Part shown: in pieces, positions 60,301 to 64,000 of the stretch
How positions within the stretch are numbered: the first letter of the stretch is position 1
Layout of the letters: every line of letters begins with the position of its first letter
Source of the DNA: Hormiphora californensis
Lineage: Eukaryota > Animalia > Ctenophora
Assembly: GCA_020137815.1 (NCBI GenBank)
Contig: CM035355.1
Coordinates: 7,130,001 to 7,194,000 of the forward strand
DNA: 64,000 nucleotides
Reading direction: 5' to 3'
Position numbers and translations under genes: made by a program
The notes under the pieces: model-generated
What the model was told of the DNA's origin: nothing
What the model saw: only the letters and a program-made list of their open reading frames with translations
Database searches by the model: none

Positions 60301-63300
60301 TTATTTGTGGTCAAGCAAGCCAAACATGAGGGATTTTATGCTTACATATCGAAGCACAACGAACAGAAATATTTCATGACATCCTCAATCTCTCTCTCTC
60401 TTTGACCTCATGACTACATATTGAGAATGATGCAATATACCCCCAATGTCTAGATCTGTTTCAGCACTACCATATTGAGAATATATTCCCCTCTCTGTTA
60501 CAGCACATTGGTTTGATCCCTAATACACCCCAACTTCTCTCTGTTTCAGCACTACGGTTTGGTGAGAACGATCCGATAGTTCAGGTCGAATACGACAACA
60601 CTCGGCAGACACTTTACACTAGGTCTGACAATGGGAATATCTGTATGTACGATCTGGGTGCAGATGGTCAAGGTAAGAGAGTTATAATGCTATGGTGATA
60701 AGGAGGGTGATGATATATGGGCAGGGGACATTAGATGTATCAGAGATAGAACCATTAGTTGTACAGCAATTATATACATATCTCGAGCACTCGTATTAGA
60801 CCAGCCGTTAATGCTTACAACAGTGTCCATTGTCACGTCATAAGCTATAATCTTTTCCCTTTTACAGGTATAGGCAGTGTATGCAGTATTAGTCAAGACA
60901 GCGTTCTCTCAGAAGCGATCCGGGTAGCCAATAATCCTCATGGCATTGATAGCTCAAATTTCAAACCGATTGTATCAATTTGTCCCATCAAGAAAACTGA
61001 GTCAGCAAATCTAGCATTACTTGGTATGTACTGATACAATGCTAAAACATCACCTTTTCTGGAATTATATCCTCTTATTCAACACCCTACTAAGTACATC
61101 ATGATAATTCTATCTCTACCACATTTCTATCCCAAACCTCCACCTCCAGGTGTAACAAGTTCCGGTGTCCGTCTCTACTTCTCAGTTAGCGCTGCAACCC
61201 TTGGAGGTCGATACAGCTCCCTCTCCCTCTCCCACATCAGAATGCCCCCCGGATTCTCCCCTAACGGTCCTCCCCAGCGTCCCCTCAACGTCCACATGGC
61301 AGACATGGCACGTGGCACAGTGCAAATGTGTATGAGCCAGAATGACAGTATTGATGTGGTGTGGAGTGTGTCTCCTGACACATTCGGTATTGCATCACAG
61401 TTATGTGAGGCGACCATAACCACTGCTATCGAGGGGAGAGTTTGGGCGCTGGAGGAGGCACCTGAACCGTTCTCGTTTGAGGCTCGTGTCGCTGGATCCC
61501 GTACCTACCCTCCCACCATTGTGTGTCAACATGTCCAGCCTGCAAGGAGGACTGTACTGCTGACGTCACAGGGCACCTTTATACTGACTAACTTGAGGCC
61601 TGTGGATCAGTTGTTACATCTGCTGGAGGCTAGTGGAGGAGCTGACACTGAACCTATCGCATCGTTCTTCAAACTACACAGAGAGAAAGAGGTATTAAAC
61701 TAGCAGCAAGGTTATAATGAGTGCACAACAAAGTCATGATTACAAGGCATGATTAACTCTACAACTAAGTTGGTTTACAAGAGTCAAGATTCACACCTGA
61801 ATCTGTTCATCTTTCCCCCTCAACAGCGATTCAATTTACTAGGCCCCTCGGCCCTCATTGTCCTATAACCCCATCATACTAATCTTTGCTACTAAGAATT
61901 TACTAGAGATCTGGAAGTATTAACTACATTATACTGTTAAGAGAAATCATAATTTACAAGGCACAACTAAGTCACAAGATTCACACATGAATATGATATG
62001 TAAATCTTCTCTAGCTCACCACCACAACAATAGACTCGATTAATACGGCCACGGGCCACATGTGTGTCCTGTGAGTTTTCATACTAACCTTGAGAGAGAT
62101 CTGGAAGTACTAACTACATTATGATGTTAGGAGAAATCATATTGTAGAACAAAGGGAGGAAGACTTTATTATGGGAAATATGATCAACCTTGATCTGCTG
62201 AGTGTCGAACCCACACAGAGCGAGTGCAGTGTGAGCTACAACACAAGATCAACCATGCTAATATCTCACTTTTATCCCCCTCCCATCCAGGCATGTGCCA
62301 CGGCCCTGATCCTGGCGTGTAACCCAGTAACTACAGACCCGCTGGTATCATCGTGTGCAGCTAGGGCCTTCTTCAGATATGGAGGGGAGGCATCACTAAG
62401 AGGAGGCTGTCTGGCCACCTCTACTTCTGGACACAACGAGGTGAAAAAACATTAACCCACTAGACAAGAGAAGCATAATTATATCTCATCCGACCCTCAT
62501 TTCTCTATCAATGATACAAATCTCCCCCAAACAGCTTTCCCAATCGCTTGGTGGAGCGGTCGTCCCTAACGAGGCTGTATACAGTGGCAAACATGCAGGT
62601 ATCTGTCTCTACTTTGCTCGACTCCTGGCCCCTCTATGGGACGGGAAACTGGTTGAGGAAAGTACAACTCCGGACAAACAACTAGTTAGCAGGTAAAGAC
62701 AAATTAGATTCACTTGTGTATATATGATAGTCATACAGCAGCTGCTATATATTGAAAACATTATGTGTCTTGATTTAACTTGATTATGTATGAAGACTAA
62801 ATGTCACAAACTTCTATTCACGTATATGAAATTCCATGCCCATATGCCCATATATGGAATAATTTGTTTACAGATTCACTTGTGATGACTTGGCATGGTT
62901 TACAGAGCAACTCACTGGACTGAAAGGGTTCCTTGATGAGTATGCCCCCTTCTCCCACTCCGACCTAACAGATTCACCCTGCCGGACTTCTCGCACTACC
63001 TCCAAAGTTCAGGTTAGCAGAGTTTTTATCAGGAACCGACCGAAACAAGTAAACAACCAATCAGAACTCGTTATCATCCAATCAGGGACCAGTATCTCCT
63101 GATTCGGTCGGTTCCTGGTTTTTATATTCTCTGTATGTGTCCTAAAACTAATTTGTAACCTTGCAATCTTGTTATCTTTGAAATCTTGTTATATTTGTAA
63201 TGTCTGTAATCCTTGTAATCTGGTATATCGTATCTCCCCAGGCGGAAGCATTTGAAAGGAATTCAGTGCTACAGCTAAGACTCCTAGTACAATACAGTGT

Positions 63301-64000
63301 AGAGGCTCTGGAGTTGTGGAGAGAGCTGTGTGAATACCAGTTTCACCTCATTGCGGAACGACTCCCAACTGTGAGTTTCTTACCCCCTCATTTTATCTTG
63401 TGATATTTTGTCACACGACTGTAACATCACGGCCCAGTCCGGAGAGGACAGTCTTTTGTGAGACAAGTGACATTCGGTCCTGCAATCGCCCATCATGTCC
63501 ATGATATCATTCTGTGTGTGCCCCGGATTCAGTCACACATTCCCTCCTTTTTCCTGTCGCGCGCGGGTAACACCTAACGCGCGTTTAATGAAAGCACACT
63601 TTTCAGCGTTTCTATTGCGCGGCTCGCTCAGTTCGTCTTGCCGCTCTGTCCAGTGTGTTCTGACAAGCGCTCCTGCTTTTCCTATCTAACAAAACCTTTC
63701 AGCATCTTACTGTTTCTAAATCCTTTAATATACAGGAGATAAAAGAGGACCTATGTCGTGCTACGTTCCGAGACCTGGTAGTTGGAGGAAAGCAGATAAC
63801 TGTAGCGCTGATTAATGCTCTGATGGAGAGATACTTTGGAGATACAAATCTTACAGACGCCCTTTGTGCACGGTAAGTAACCCAATTCGTTTTTATAAAC
63901 AAGAAACTAACTGTGGCAGAGCTCTACAGAGGGGTATAATGGGGCCGGTGATTAGCTAAATTAAATTGAGCTTGCTCAATATGTGTCTCAGAAAGTAACT
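57349..64000 (+). CDS. NUP155: Nucleoporin 155 (5' part; continues beyond the window)
   Basis: [106 protein letters not shown]; many GT-AG introns. Confidence 0.96.
59564..60208 (+). CDS. Intronless homeobox gene (eh1 motif plus C-terminal homeodomain) nested in NUP155 intron 59151-60549
   Basis: [10 protein letters not shown] (eh1), S/T/P-rich linker, [55 protein letters not shown]. Confidence 0.92.
   Translation: MMTDFSIASILGLPTTKPVYTPPTLPSKSIQQPTSPLQLHIDELMRLQHLLQLARPTENSPATPNSTTPARKRTREPSPSSTPTAAKRTKRVDSSTSSGSSSPSGSLIGSPTTSPSTTVSFSTPFLTSYQTHSPTTTPYHLSASYLNLPRGGKFKHRRSKFTSAQIDVLLMEFEQHPYLTATRRREIAKSTDMPERSVQIWFSNRRMSEKKMKK
61755..62140. repeat. Two diverged ~190-bp direct repeats in a NUP155 intron
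   Basis: CAAGATTCACAC..AGAGATCTGGAAGTA.TAACTACATTAT..GAGAAATCATA occurs twice. Confidence 0.8.
63030..63117. mobile_element. hAT-type MITE with 8-bp TSD
   Basis: GTTTTTAT|CAGGAACCGACCGAA...TTCGGTCGGTTCCTG|GTTTTTAT. Confidence 0.85.

Overview
Gene-dense eukaryotic (animal) genomic DNA with short GT-AG introns and many small palindromic transposons. The repeat families (e.g. the hAT-type MITE at 63030 and the CAGTCGGACCCCGAT MITE) resemble repeats I recall from Pleurobrachia-type ctenophores, so a ctenophore is my working, unverified guess. Identifiable genes: CCDC186 (partial), a two-PDZ protein, two tandem paralogous zinc-finger genes, PPIE/Cyp33, a 3-sushi membrane protein, UFM1, a LAP1/LULL1 (TOR1AIP)-like protein, pyroglutamyl peptidase, EMC10, CAB39/MO25, an orphan 7TM receptor, and NUP155 (partial) with a same-strand homeobox gene inside one intron. 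Mobile DNA includes a full-length APE-RT-RNase H LINE, CR1 and CRE-like 3' fragments, MULE-like foldbacks and many MITEs. The main discovery candidate is a six-exon gene (38725-40786, minus strand) that the ORF track misses. It assembles into a ~200-aa protein with BH4/BH3/BH1/BH2-like segments and a C-terminal tail anchor, i.e. a highly divergent Bcl-2-family candidate. It ends a co-oriented, possibly trans-spliced, operon-like gene cluster. Other highlights: a zinc-finger paralog that appears to have captured the PPIE start (MAANKK) by tandem duplication, an unusual 13-fold double-finger module, and a Ser50 ANTP-like nested homeobox. Frequent single-base insertions in conserved genes point to residual consensus errors, so several reading frames are inferred.
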